A stretch of DNA of 64,000 nt from Anthoceros angustus. Lineage: Eukaryota > Plantae > Anthocerotophyta. The notes beneath the pieces are model-generated. The model had not been told where the DNA came from. It worked only from the letters and a program-made list of their open reading frames with translations, and made no database searches. The stretch lies in the NCBI GenBank assembly GCA_010909165.1, contig VJWM01000106.1:372001-436000 (forward strand), given 5' to 3'. This document shows, piece by piece, positions 36,340-49,166 of this stretch. Made by a program: the position numbers and the translations under genes. The stretch's first letter is position 1. Every line of letters starts with the position of its first letter.

Positions 36340-37560
36340 ACCGACGCTCCCACTAGACAATGCGGTTCCCAAAGGTGAGAAGAGGGAAAAGAGAAAAGAA
36401 GGGACAGTATGGCTGCCTATCCTTTATGACAAACATGTACAATCGAAGAATCATAGGTTGGGTAGCCCATATATAGGCAAAACCACCGGGACTCTCGATG
36501 AAGCACCACCGCACTGATGGTAGGCACTATGATCTATTTAGAGTCCTACTTCTCCTTGGCCTTTGAACAAATGATATTTATGCGCTTAACAACCTACTAG
36601 CCCTTTTCCTTGGTTTATGATTTTCAGTATTTTCTATATAGGTGCGTGACCTATATGTGTCGAGTACCGTGCCTTACAAACATCGCGATGCACATAGGTT
36701 GATTGTGCCATGACACAACATCTAGGTAGACATGTTCACATACACCACATGACGTGGTCCAAAGGCCAAGGACGTTTCTTCCTATATATAGGTGTAGGCG
36801 GATAGGCAAGTAGCGTGTAGTTGGTAGTCCATGGTTGGGTAGCCCATATATAGGCAAAAACCGGAACTGTTGATGGAGTGCCACCTCACACGATGGTAGG
36901 CGATTAGGTATATTTGTAATCCCACTTGTCCTTGGCCTTGAACAATTGATATTCATGCAATCAAGAACGACCGCCTTTTCCTTGGGTTATGGTGTTTACG
37001 TAGTTTGAATATAGATGCGACCTATATATGTGTCATAGTACCGCCGAACATGCATCACGATGCACATAGATGGAAAAGGTGCCCATGACAGAGCATCTAG
37101 GTATACATGTTCACATACTTCACATGTCAACCATCCATCCCACATGCATGCATACCATGTGCTTTCCATGTGCACATTTTCCTTGGGTTTTGATTTTTAG
37201 GTCTTTTGTATATAGATTCGCTGACGATGTATGTGTAGAGTCGTCGAACATATATCACGATGCACATGCACATGGTATGTATGCATGATGCCCGTTGATG
37301 TGATGCATGTGACCATGTCTACGTAGATCTGTAGTGGGCACCTTTTCCTTGGGTTTTGATTTTATGTCTTCTCTATATCGCACGTGACCTTTATATGTGT
37401 CATGGTACCCTTCCGACATGCATGACGGTGCACATACATGGATTGTGCCATGGCACAAAGATCTAGGTACAAATGTTCGATGCATCACATGTCAACCAGC
37501 CATCATGCATACATACCATGTGGATGCCATCCATAGGCAATGCACATGTGACATTGGTCC
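36340..37560 (-). repeat. Inverted copy of the 28370-29920 repeat block (repeated again at ~38930-39960)
   Basis: ttttccttgg at 36604, 36976, 37177 and 37343. acttgtccttggccttgaaca (~36924) is the reverse complement of ~29045. acgctcccactaga (~36344) is the reverse complement of ~29905. Confidence 0.85.
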
Positions 37561-40500
37561 AAATGCGAAGGACTTTTCTTCCTATTTATAGGCATGCAAG
37601 GCGGAAAGGCAGGCACCGTAGATGCCATGGATAGATGGCGTGAACACATCGGAAAAGGCGGAAGTGGTAGGTTGACTAGCGGTCAACGATCGTCCGGACT
37701 CAAGCAAGTATAACCTTAGAAGGTTGGAGCTGCTGCAAGCTGAAGCGGCGGTGGCAACATGCAGCTGCCATCAACGCAGTGGTGTTGGAATCTGCGCAGC
37801 TGCGGTTGCGAGCGGCCAAAGCAGGCTGGTGGCGGATGATGCATTGGGGTGCCAAATGCCGGTATCTGAACAACAGGCGGCTTTCTTGATTTAGGCGCAA
37901 GTTGGGGCTCTTCACTCAAGAACTCCAAGTGCCACTTTTCAAAGTGGAAGCTCACGAGCATAGGCGCGGGATATGGGCGGCGGCGGCGAGGTGGAAGACA
38001 TGGAGCTCGACACACCCATGTCGGCCGGGGCGGAGGAGGAGGCGACCGGAAGGCATGGCGGGCGGGCGGCGGCGGCGGTGGCGGCGATGAGGAAATGGCC
38101 GATGCGGCGGCGGGCGGCGAGCATGCGGCGGCGGCGGCGAGCATGCGGCGGAGGCGGTGGCGTGGAGGGCTGCAGCCCCCACTGAGGCGCAGTAATGCTT
38201 GAAGGCTGCCCACGGACGAGGCATGCAAGGCGGGCAATCAGTGTAGATGCCATGGATAGATGGCGGGGAACACATCGGAAAAGGCGGAAGTGGTAGGTTG
38301 ACTAGCGGTCAACGGCGGACTCAAGCAAGTACGCAGTTAGAAGGTTGGAGCTACTGCAAGCTGAAGCGGTGGCAACATGCACGACCATGCAACCGCAGTG
38401 GTGTTGGAAAGAATAAAGCGGCGGTGCATGCGGCGGCAGCCAAAAAGTGCGCTGGTGGCAGTGATGCATTGGGGTGCCAAATGCGGTGAAATCTGAGACA
38501 AGCGCTTTCTTGATTTAGGCGCAAGTTGGGCGGCTCTTCACTCGGCAACTCAAGTGCCACTTTTCAAAGTGGAAGCTCACGAGCATAGGCGTTTTGCGAT
38601 ATGGGCGGCGGCGAGGTGGAAGACATGGAGCTCGACACACCCATGTCGGCCGGGGCGGAGGAGGAGGCGCCGGAAGGCATGGCGGGGAGCCTGCCGCCGA
38701 GGCGGTGGCGACGATGAGGAAATGGCCGTCTGGCCGGCGGGCAATCGCTTCTGCTCCGGCGGCGGCGGCAGGCGGAGGCGGTGGCGGCGTGGGGCGGCGG
38801 CCGGCGAGGCGCGCGCGAGCAATGCTTGAAACCGGGCGAGCATGCGGCGGAGGCTCGCCGCTGATGCAGAGGCGCGGGCATCCCGATGCCGCCGGTGGAG
38901 CCCTCCGCAGCCTGGCACCACCTCACCGATGGTAGGCACTAGATCTATTTAGAGTCCTACTTCTCCTTGGCCTTTGAACAAATGATATTTATGCTTAACA
39001 ACCTACTAGCCCTTTTCCTTGGTTTATGATTTTCGTATTTTCTATATAGGTGTGACCTATATATGTCGTAATCGCCTTACAAACATCGCGATGCACATAG
39101 GTTGATTGTGCCATGACACAACATCTAGGTAGACATGTTCACATACACCACATGGCGTGGTCCAAAGGCCAAGGACGTTTCTTCCTATATAGGCGGTAGG
39201 GCGGGGATAGGCAAGTAGCGTGTAGTTGGTAGTCCATGGTTGGGTAGCCCACATATATAGGCAAAAAACCGAACTGTTGATGGAGTGCCACCTCACGATC
39301 GATGGTAGGCGTTAGGTATATTTGTAATCCCACTTGTCCTTGGCCTTGAACAATTGATATTCATGCAAGAACGACTAGCCCTTTTCCTTGGGTTATGGTG
39401 TTTACGTAGTTTGAATATAGATGCGACCTATATGTGTCATAGTACCACGAACATGCATCACGATGCACATAGATGGAAAAGGTGCCCATGATGAGCATCT
39501 AGGTATACATGTTCACATACTTCACATGTCAACCATCCATCCTACATGCATGCATACCATGTGCATGTGCACATTTTCCTTGGGTTTTGATTTTTAGGTC
39601 TTTTGTATATAGATTCGTTGGCGTATGTATGTGTGAGTCGTCGAACATATATCACGATGCACATGCACATGGTATGTATGCATGATGCCCGTTGATGGTG
39701 ATGCATGTGACCATGTCTACGTAGATCTTGTCGTGGGCACCTTTTCCTTGGGTTTTGATTTTATGTCTTCTCTATATCGCACGTGACCTTTATATGTGTC
39801 ATGGTACCCTTCCGACATGCATGACGGTGCACATACATGGATTGTGCCATGGCACGACATCTAGGTACAAATGTTCGATGCATCACATGACAACCAGCCA
39901 TCATGCATACATACCATGTGGATGCCATCCATAGGCAATGCACATGTGACATTGGTCCAAATCGAAGGACTTTTCTTCCTATTTATAGGCATGCAAGGCG
40001 GGGAAAGGCAATCTGTAGATGCCATGGATAGATGGCGAAACACATCGGAAAAGGCGGAAGTGGTAGGTTGACTAGCGGTCAACGTCCGGACTCAAGCAAG
40101 TATACGTTAGAAGGTTGGAACCGCAAGCAAGCTGAAAGCGGTGGCAACATGCACGCCATCTGGCCGGTGGTGTTGAAAGCGAATAGTGCAGCTGCTTGGG
40201 AGCGGCCAAAGCAGTGCGCTGGTGGCAGTGATGCATTGGGGTGCCAAATGCCGGTGAAATCTGACAGAGGCTTTCTTGATTTAGGCGCAAGTTGGGGCAG
40301 CTCTTCACCAAGAACTCCAAGTGCCACTTTTCAAAGTGGAAGCTCACGAGCATAGGCGTTTTGCGATATGGGCGGCGGCGAGGTGGAAGACATGGAGCTC
40401 GACACACCCATGTTTGCCACGGGACGGAGGAGGAGGCGACCGGAAGGCATGGCGGGCGGGCGGCGGCCGCGGTGGCGGCGATGAGGAAATGGCCGATGCG

Positions 40501-41300
40501 GTGGCGGCGGGCAGAACCTGCTCCGGCTGGCGGCGGCGAGGCGGTGGCGGCGTGGAGGGCTGCAGCCCCCACTGAGGCGCAGTAATGCTTGAAGGCTGCC
40601 CACGGACGAGGCATGCAAGGCGGGCAATCAGTGTAGATGCCATGGATAGATGGCGGGGAACACATCGGAAAAGGCGGAAGTGGTAGGTTGACTAGCGGTC
40701 AACGGCGGACTCAAGCAAGTACGCAGTTAGAAGGTTGGAGCTACTGCAAGCTGAAGCGGTGGCAACATGCACGACCATGCAACCGCAGTGGTGTTGGAAA
40801 GAATAAAGCGGCGGTGCATGCGGCGGCAGCCAAAAAGTGCGCTGGTGGCAGTGATGCATTGGGGTGCCAAATGCGGTGCTGAGACAGGAGCTTTCTTGAT
40901 TTAGGCGCAAGTTGGGCGGCTCTTCACTCGGCAACTCAAGTGCCACTTTTCAAAGTGGAAGCTCACGAGCATAGGCGTTTTGCGATATGGGCGGCGGCGA
41001 GGTGGAAGACATGGAGCTCGACACACCCATGTCGGCCGGGGCGGAGGAGGAGGCGCCGGAAGGCATGGCGGGGAGCCTGCCGCCGAGGCGGTGGCGACGA
41101 TGAGGAAATGGCCGTCTGGCCGGCGGGCAATCGCTTCTGCTCCGGCGGCGGCGGCAGGCGGAGGCGGTGGCGGCGTGGGGCGGCGGCCGGCGAGGCGCGC
41201 GCGAGCAATGCTTGAAACCGGGCGAGAGCATGCGGCGGAGGCTCGCCGCTGATGCAGAGGCGCGGGCATCCCGATGCCGCCGGTGGAGCCCTCCGCAGCC
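36516..41300. repeat. Tandem duplication, ~2.4-kb unit (36516-38925 / 38926-~41300), each with an internal ~0.63-kb doublet
   Basis: gatctatttagagtcctacttctcc at 36531 and 38942. gccacttttcaaagtggaagctcacgagc at 37931, 38556, 40323 and 40942. Confidence 0.88.
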
Positions 41301-43692
41301 TGGCGTGCCACCTTGGCGATCCCAACAAGCGGCGGCGGAGGCGCTGCTTGCAGCCACAAAGGGCTGGGCATGGGTTTGCGCCCGCCCAAACCGGAGGCGG
41401 AGGCGGCGGCGAGCATGCAGCCCGCCAATGGCCGCAGTGAGGATGGTGGGGCAAGCGACACCGAGGGTCGCAGCAGCGGGTTACCGCAGCGGAGGATGAC
41501 GGCCGCGCCGCAGCCGACGCCAGGGGTGGATCGGCCGACGCAATGGCCGCAGTGAGGGTGGCCGCATGCGCCAATGGTCGCCAGTGGGCGAGCATGCAGC
41601 CCGCCAATGGCCGCATGCGCCCGGCGGCGGCAGCGAGCGGCGAGGCGGCGGACATTCGCTGCACCACCAACGGCGCAAGGCAAGGATCGCAACCCATGTG
41701 GTTGCGGCCAAGGCGAGGTCAAACACAGAGGCGCATGCGGGACGGAGGACGGGCATCCCTTGCGCCTCCTTCTCGTGACGTGCCTGGGGGGCGAGGGCGA
41801 GGGAGGCGGAGGCGGCGTGAGGATGGTGGGGCAAGCGGCTGTGCCGGGAAGGAGCCGTGCGGGCGCCCGGAGAGTGGAGGAGAACGAAACCGAGGAGGGA
41901 GAGGAGGCGGCGGCAGCGAGCGGCGAGGCGGCGGCAGCGAGCGGCGAGGGAGCACGGACAACAATCGGAAGACTCCGATGGTAAGTGAACGCACAATCCG
42001 CGTGTTGCAATGTGTTTGACAATGCCGGTGGGTTCGATTGTCATTGTCATGCCTCGTAATGCCGGTTGCAAGTGGTGAACTTTGCCATGCCCGGTACTCA
42101 TATGTCTGCGAGTTGGGTTTGCAGGTGTGGACGGAGTGGACGAGACCAGCCCTGCTGTGGTCATCTACGAAAAACGGAACTTCGCTCGATCCGCTATACG
42201 GACGTGGAGCGCCGCCAAGATCGAACGAGACCGGGCGCGCGGCGCTGAGCGGAGGCAGCAAGGCTGAGAGAAGAGCTGGCCGAGCTCATCGTTGAGCTCG
42301 AGGCAGCCGGCGTGGGCACCCGGAAGAGGAAGAGGGTGCACCAATGGGGGGCAGACCTAGCGGGGCGGAGGCGGGGCGCCTGTGGCCAAGATGCAAGGCG
42401 AGAGTGCCGGAGGGCGAACCTGCCGCCGAGAGGCGTGAATGGGGCCAGCACCGGTGGGGAGGGGGCCACCGCCCAAGGCCGCAACAAGGTGGGGCATCCA
42501 CCCAATGGAGCTCCGAGTATGGTAGCAACGCGAAGTCCAATGCAGTAATCGACGCCGCCATGACGGGCGCCATCGCCCTTCTTGAAGTGGTGGAGAAGGT
42601 GCGCAACCCGAGGTCCATGACCGACATGGAGGGAGTGATGGATGACTCACGATCGCCGACAACGCAGCCTGGAATGATCGGTCGCTCATGGAATACATGA
42701 ACGCAGAATGGCCGCATCCTCCATGCCATCGGGCCAATGTGCAAGTGCGGTTGCCGGTGGTGGATACCACCCTCTCCGAATCGCCCCCGCCACGCCTTCC
42801 AGCTCGGTCCCCTTCCCATTGGTGCCGGGATGAACCCGCCCCCCAACCTCACAGGATGGTGCACTGCCCGCCATGGCACACGGTGCACCTCCCATGTCCG
42901 GTGCGGAGGGACATTCGGCCCCTCCACAAAGAAAAGACAGGGGCGAACGGAAGTCTGAGGAGGAGGAGCCAAGTTCGGAGCACAAGAGGATGGAGGGGCC
43001 CGCCGAGGCTCTTCCGCGGCGGGCGTGGGGAGGTGTTTTTGTTTAGGAGCGCCCCACCATGAGGTGTGAGCGCAGACTATGTTCGGATGTTTTTGGTTGA
43101 ACGGCGATGCGCCCGCGGTGTGTCCGTAGGACCGGAAGTGGATTTGTAGGACGCAGTGACATTGCCTGCTTGATGAGGTTGAGGAGGGATAGTGTGAAGC
43201 ATGTTCGGATCTGTAATGCCCGTGCATTGCACCGGTTTCCTTCGGCAATGTGTTCGGTTTGAAAGGTGAAGTTACGATCATCTTCGTCCGTCGCCCCATA
43301 CATCCAATCGCAAGCACAACACAAGCATGTTAGTAGGCAAGCACACCGAACGTAGGGATCGCTCCCACATCCTTCCCGCATATATAGTGAAAGCGGCATG
43401 TGTAAGCGGAGGATTTGCGCTTTCGAACGCGGCCATACCGCGAACAAAAGTTCACTGTGTATGTGTTGCCCGCCATGTTTGTGTGTAGACCCGATGAAAA
43501 CCCTAACACCGTCATCAAAAAACATGTGTTACACCATCAACATGAACGGTGATAGAATGTTTTTCCCCGACGAACCCGTGAAGTCGATGTGGCACGATTA
43601 TACGTGTATTATACGTGAGTATCGAAAAGATTCCGTGGCATATCCTCGTAGCGTACACCGAAAAGAAAGAAAGTCACACACAGACTCCCATG

Positions 43693-43713
43693 TGACGAGA
43701 TCGGTATTCCATA
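43693..43713 (-). repeat. Right terminal inverted repeat
   Basis: tgacgagatcggtattccata, followed by the TSD gcctga. Confidence 0.95.
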
Positions 43714-44166
43714 GCCTGATCTTCTAAGACGTTATGTCTATCAACTATAATTCAAAGGGAGTACAATATGAGTTGCGAAATCTTTTGTAAAGCTGATTAC
43801 TCGTAGGAGCAGGTTTCTTTAGCGTTTCATACGGCACCCTCGTGTATGCATGGTTCCCGTGTGCGAGTGTACCCAAAAATCATGCATTACAGATAAGTTA
43901 CGGGAACGTGTGTGCCTTCAGCAATGGCGAGGCATTGCCCATCACATATTATAAAACAGTATTGTAATTTGATTTCCATAGCAATTGTACAGGAGCAAGC
44001 TCAAATGCTTGCTTTCCCTTGCCCACTCTCTCGGCCTTCTAGCGACTACCCTAGCGTTGGAGCCAGAAGACTGCCTGAGTGACTATAGGCTGGTCCTTGG
44101 TTGTGTGTGCAAGGACGGCTGATGTGGAGAACGCCGATGCTCGTCTTGTTCACCACTGTACGCATC

Positions 44167-44298
44167 TGTGAAACAGGCCTTATTGCTGTGAAGGGATCCT
44201 TGTGTCTCTGTGAAACAGGCCATATTGGTGTGAAGGGGATCCCTGTGTCCTTGTGAAACAGGCCATATTGCTGTGAAGGGGATCCCTGTGTCCCTGTG
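44167..44298. repeat. Minisatellite, ~43-bp unit x3
   Basis: gtgaaacaggcc.tattg.tgtgaaggg at ~44168, 44210 and 44253. Confidence 0.85.
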
Positions 44299-44857
44299 TC
44301 AAACTGATTGTAGAGTAGCCCCAATGCACGTAGGCATATGTCCATCCGCTTGGATCACTGTAGCACATCGGCACACCCATTAAGCATGTACGTCTGTATG
44401 TCTTCGCCATAGCCTGTTTTGCCAGACTTGTGCAGAGACATGGATGACAAATGAGACGAGCAGATACTAACCTCGGATGTACATGAGCGTGTAAGTCTGT
44501 GTTGTCCCATTAAGTCAAGAGCAGACTTAACAATGGCACCCCCGGCGGGACTTGCTTGATCTTAAGGAAGACTTGGCTTTCTGACGATTCCACTTTGCTT
44601 GGATGCTCCTAACCATCTGCCTCTTTGTCCACTTAAGCAGGTCTACGAACAAACATTTCCTTAGATCAAAACCAACGAATCAAGATAGGAGTCGTTTCCC
44701 CATCTAACTGTCTTCCTTGTGCATGGTGTGATGATGATGGCTTAGAAGCGCGCCCCTTCTTCCAGTTTCTGGCTTGCTGAGTAGAGTTTTGAGAGTGCTC
44801 ACTTTGCATTGGCTCCTAGTCATATCATGCAACAGAGTCTGGTCATTTACATCTGAT

Positions 44858-44964
44858 GTGCTGATCCTTGTTACAGATGAAAAGACTTAATCAGATGCTG
44901 ACCCTTGTTACAGATGAAAAGACTAAATCGGATGCTGACCCTTGTTACAGATGAAAAGACTAAC
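44858..44964. repeat. Minisatellite, 37-bp unit x~3
   Basis: cttgttacagatgaaaagact at 44867, 44904 and 44941. Confidence 0.85.
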
Positions 44965-45130
44965 TCTTCCACACTTGTTTCTGCTCTCGTTGAGATACTG
45001 ACCGGGAACATTGTGCTGTGAACTATTGCCACTAACCAGAACTGCTGTGTGTCCAGGCTGGGGACTGTCACAGTCCTTTGATAATTGCAGGCAACCAAGT
45101 TCCTCCATTACCCCCCGCCCCTCCGCCCCC

Positions 45131-45372
45131 ACATGATTTAGGCCTCTGAGTAATCAGACCTTGGAGGTGAAAGCTATAGCAAAAGCTGCTTGGACCATAT
45201 ACAAGCGGCATCATACGGTACCTAGGTCGCAGAAGGTGACCAACTCCTTACTCACTAAGCTATGGGGACACTCAACCGGATCTTCCTCCATCCCCACCTC
45301 TGCCTTCTCACCAGGGGTAGTCACGTCTTTTGTCTCCAGAGTCTTCTCCACTTTCGCCTGTAGCTTCTCAAC
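45131..45372 (-). pseudogene. Partial duplicate of the RanBP1 3' coding end and 3' UTR
   Basis: 45131-45288 matches 45790-45948 and 45294-45372 matches 46029-46109. The segment with the stop codon is missing. Confidence 0.8.
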
Positions 45373-46011
45373 AGGGTGGGGGAGGGGGGCGGAGGAATCT
45401 TTGCGTGCAACCGAGCTTGTGCCCTGTGAGGCATATCCCTTCCATTAAATTATTGCCCACTTCACAGGAGGACCGATGGAAGTGGTAATCAACAAAAAAG
45501 GAGAACTTGTCCAATAGCCTCGAGCCGCAAGAAAAAACCAAACAGAACAAACAGGAGTGCGACCAGACAGTAGAATAAATTCCAAAATGAGATATTATGT
45601 TGCCCCGCTAGTAAGCGGACGGTCAAATAACCACTAGGTGTATGACGAGAAACTCGTACACCTTACAGTGTGACATGGGAAGCCAACAAAGGACCCCGAG
45701 CCAACAGAGTTCACAAAACAACAATCAGAATGTTGTCTAGGACATATGTAAGCAATTCGTGCACCTGACGGCCTAGAACAACGTAGGGCACATGATTCAG
45801 GCCTCTCAGTAATCAGACCTTGGAGGTGAAAGCTATAGCAAGAGCTGCTTGGACCATATACAAGCGGCATCATACGGCACCTAGGTCGCAGAAGGTGACC
45901 AACTCCCTACTCACTAAGCTATGGGGACACTCAACCGGATCTTACTCCTTCCAATATATATTTGCTGTCCTGACCCGAGCTTCATGCCAAGAGCATCAAA
46001 CTATCACTTAT

Positions 46012-47177
46012 CTACTCGGCCGCTACCGCCACCTCTGCCTTCTCAACAGGGGGATTCACGTCTTTTGTCTCCAGAGTCTTCTCCACTTGCACCTGTAGCT
46101 TCTCGACAGTCTCCTCTGCCTTCGCATCCGTGGGCTTCTCGGTGGTAGCTGCTTCTGGTGCCTTCTCCACGGTGGCGGCTGCTTTTGGAGTTTCTTCTTC
46201 TGTAACCCTCAAGTCGTCGAGTAAGTCGGCAGCCTCATCTACAGCCTCCTCATCCTCTTCTTTGACAGGTCGTCCACCTGATTTCTCTTGAGCAGCTTCA
46301 TACGCGTCCTTGAACTTCTGAGCGTCTGGTGAATGCAACATCGTTCGTCCATGAAAAAGAGAGCCTGGAGCGGCAACCAAGACCAAAAACACCACAAACC
46401 ACGGGAAAGAACGTACTCTCGATGCTCCCAAACCGAATGCAGAAAAGCTCCGCCTGGAGTTTCCCCTCCGAAAAGTCATTGGCATGCCAGACCCACGACT
46501 TGTCGCTGCCAGCGTGCTCCTGTAGAGTGGCCGCTGGCGAGACTGCAGCAACACGAACATTTCCGGATTCCTCATCAGCCACATCATAGATAAACTCAAG
46601 CACTCCAGAGACGTGTCACACGATCATATATATAAAATACCAACAGTCTAAATAACCTAACATTCAGAAACACCGAAACGACACATGTCGTCAAAATCTC
46701 CACCAGTCACAGCAACCCTATCAACAAACGCAAGAGATTCACTCATTCGAATGCTCTCCACCAAAACCGCAGACAATTACCAAGATGATTTGCGCAGATC
46801 TTAAGAGTTCTGTTCTGCCGCATCAGCAGACGGATCTTCTTGTTCTCCTTGTGCTCAAGGAGCTTAATCTGGCCCGCGCCCCGCTCCTTCCACTGATTTC
46901 CTTCCTTATCAAACCGGTACAACTTAGCCTTCCTACACACCACAGCACACTGGCATCAGAATCGGCAGCAGCACGCAACCACAAGACCTCAAATCCGGCA
47001 ATCGGAATCCCCGACATCCACACCGGCCACTCACAAGTCAATGAGAACGTCTTCCTGCTCTTCGCCAGTGGTGACAGTCACCTCGTCAAGCTTCACGATA
47101 GGTGCGATCTGCGCACCGGTGTCCTCCTCCTCCTTTCCGGCCTCATCGGCCTCCTCCCGATCCTCACCTCCTCCCAT
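46012..47177 (-). CDS. RANBP1: Ran-binding protein 1, multi-exon
   Basis: [66 protein letters not shown] and LFCIRFGS. Confidence 0.95.
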
Positions 47178-47459
47178 CTCCCTTCCGTTCCACGATCCGC
47201 ACGGCCGCTCTGCGAGTGAGAGCGCAACTCCACCTTTCTGCTTTCGGTAGCAGGGTCCCCTAACCCTAGCGCCGCCCGACTCTGTTCTCGGTATGTGAAA
47301 GGAAAGTAGGGACCATCTGCCTTCTGGCTATTTATGTAGGAGTCAGCGTATTAACTGCCCACTGCTTGGAACTTCCAGACACACGAAGCGTTAGGCTTTC
47401 CCCTGTGGTTTTAGCGTTCGTTATCAAAGGAGGAAGAAAAATCGCCTCGTCGGCCAGCC

Positions 47460-48768
47460 ATGTCGTCGCTTCGAAATGCCGTCAAGAGGAGGACGCACAA
47501 AGAGCGGTCGCAGCCGTGAGTGCCTTGGCTCGAGCTGCTTCTACCTGCTGCTGTTGCGAAGCATGTGCGAGATGCTCACGCCTGTGGCTTCTACAGGGCC
47601 GCGAGAACCAGACTAGGGCTGTTGGAAAAGCGCAAAGACTATCTCCTTCGGGCCAAGGATTTTCACAAGAAAGAGCAGGCCATCCAGGTAGAGCCCCAGA
47701 GGCTCGCTATTTGGTTTTGGAAAAGGGTGCTCATGCTGTGAATATGAAAGATTTGCTCGTTTTGATGCAGGTGTTGAAGGAGAAGGCTGCGCGGAGGAAT
47801 CCGGATGAGTTCTACTTTGATATGATCCGTTCTCGGACGGTTGACGGAGTGCACCGGCCACAGTAGGTCTTTTCTGCAGGGACTGTGTGTCTGAGGCAGT
47901 AGCTGCGGTGTGTGATTTCTCAACTTGGAATCTCTTTTGCAGAAGTAACGCGAAGAAGTACACGCACGAGGAGCTGCGATTGATGAAAACGCAGGATATA
48001 AAGTATGTGCTGAATAAAGCACAGGCAGAGAAAAAGGTACGAACGTGGCCCGTGTTTTCTCTTGAACTTTTCATTCTGGCGCGTTGGTGGATTTTGTTCT
48101 GAGCGTTTCGTATTGCCCTCAGAAAGTGGAGTCTATCCGTGGTGTGCTTCATTTAACTTCTCAATCACCATCCAACAAGCACGTCTACTTTGCTGAGGGC
48201 AGGTACACCTGGGTCAGCTTTGTGTACTGAATCTACGGCTCAGCTGTGAGCATGGTAACGAGTTTAGTATACTGGTTGTAGGGACGAGGCACAACAGCTG
48301 CGACCTGCGTTGGCAAGTGAGCCAGTTGGGGCAGGAAAGGAGGCTCGATTGCCGAGGAAAATCTGGAAGTATGTTGCATGTATGGCGCTCAGCTTAACCA
48401 TAAGCGCGCTAGGTACCTGTATGGGTGCTTCTATTTGTCTTCTAACTCTGTCCTTGAATGCAGAGCACGCGAGTCTGCATATAGAGAATTGACCGCACGA
48501 ACCGAGAGGGCAGAGAAACTTCGAAGTATGGTGTCAACTATGACCTTGGAGAAAGAGTTAATGGTGAGTTGTTTGGTGTCCAATGTTGCCGTGCATGCGT
48601 ACAAGAAGTGACGCCTTGCAATCAGAAATGTTGTGATCTGGAACTTGCTTTCACCAGGGAACTTCTGTTCCGCAGGGTAAAGGGAGGAAACGGAAGCTGA
48701 CTGATACCGAGTTGGCGAAACCTGGAGCAGAACCTGTATACAAGTGGAGGCAGGAAAGGAAAAAATGA
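47460..48768 (+). CDS. UTP11: U3 snoRNA-associated protein 11, multi-exon
   Basis: MSSLRNAVKRRTHKERSQP, GLLEKRKDY, RNPDEFYF, MKTQDIKY and C-terminal VYKWRQERKK*. Confidence 0.95.
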
Positions 48769-49166
48769 GCACTGTCAAACGCTATTGTAGACAGGAAAGG
48801 AATACAATGAGCCGTTCAGCCATCAGGAATCGGCCTGAAGTAGAGAAGTTAATCGCCTAAAAATGTGCTGGAGGAGTTCATCAAATGAAGGCACGGTCAG
48901 TGCGAGATGATGATACCCCGGAGATGCGAAAGACAAGGTGTTTTAGTACAAATACTTTCACCTCCAAAAGTAACTGGAGCTGCGTAGTCCGTTCATGAGC
49001 ATGACGGAAAAATGAGACAAAGGAGGCTCGACAGTCACCTATGATACAGGAGAATGGATCATGACCAACTATTTGCCCTTTGGAGGCTGCCAAAGAAGGA
49101 CAATCATCTCCAGCCCCAGGCTAGGGCCCTTGTGGGGGCGAGACTACAGCGGTACCACGATTGCTT

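Larger units (their letters stand above)
20280..43713. mobile_element. Giant IS3EU-like DNA transposon (~23.4 kb) with cargo genes
   Basis: Perfect 21-bp TIRs TATGGAATACCGATCTCGTCA (20280-20300 and 43693-43713). 6-bp TSD GCCTGA (20274-20279 and 43714-43719). Internal IS3/IS481-like DDE transposase. Visibly GC/CpG-rich compared with the flanks. Confidence 0.88.

Noticed and set aside
37600-42050. Long Ala/Pro/Arg-rich ORFs (e.g. 40901-42022) and a RINGv-like NPCGCG..HR..C motif at ~41690
   Set aside because: Expected in GC-rich GGC-repeat DNA, and the remaining Zn ligands are absent.
20280-43713. YqaJ-like exonuclease, viral capsid, polymerase B or tyrosine recombinase genes (Polinton/virus/Starship-type element)
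   Set aside because: No such motifs were recognised; frameshifts limit sensitivity, so absence is not proven.
20273-43720. Alternative reading: 20-bp TIR with 8-bp TSD (agcctgat), suggesting hAT/P/Zisupton
   Set aside because: The inverted match extends one more base to TAT..ATA, leaving a 6-bp TSD. That fits the IS3-like transposase, and no hAT or KDZ motifs were seen.
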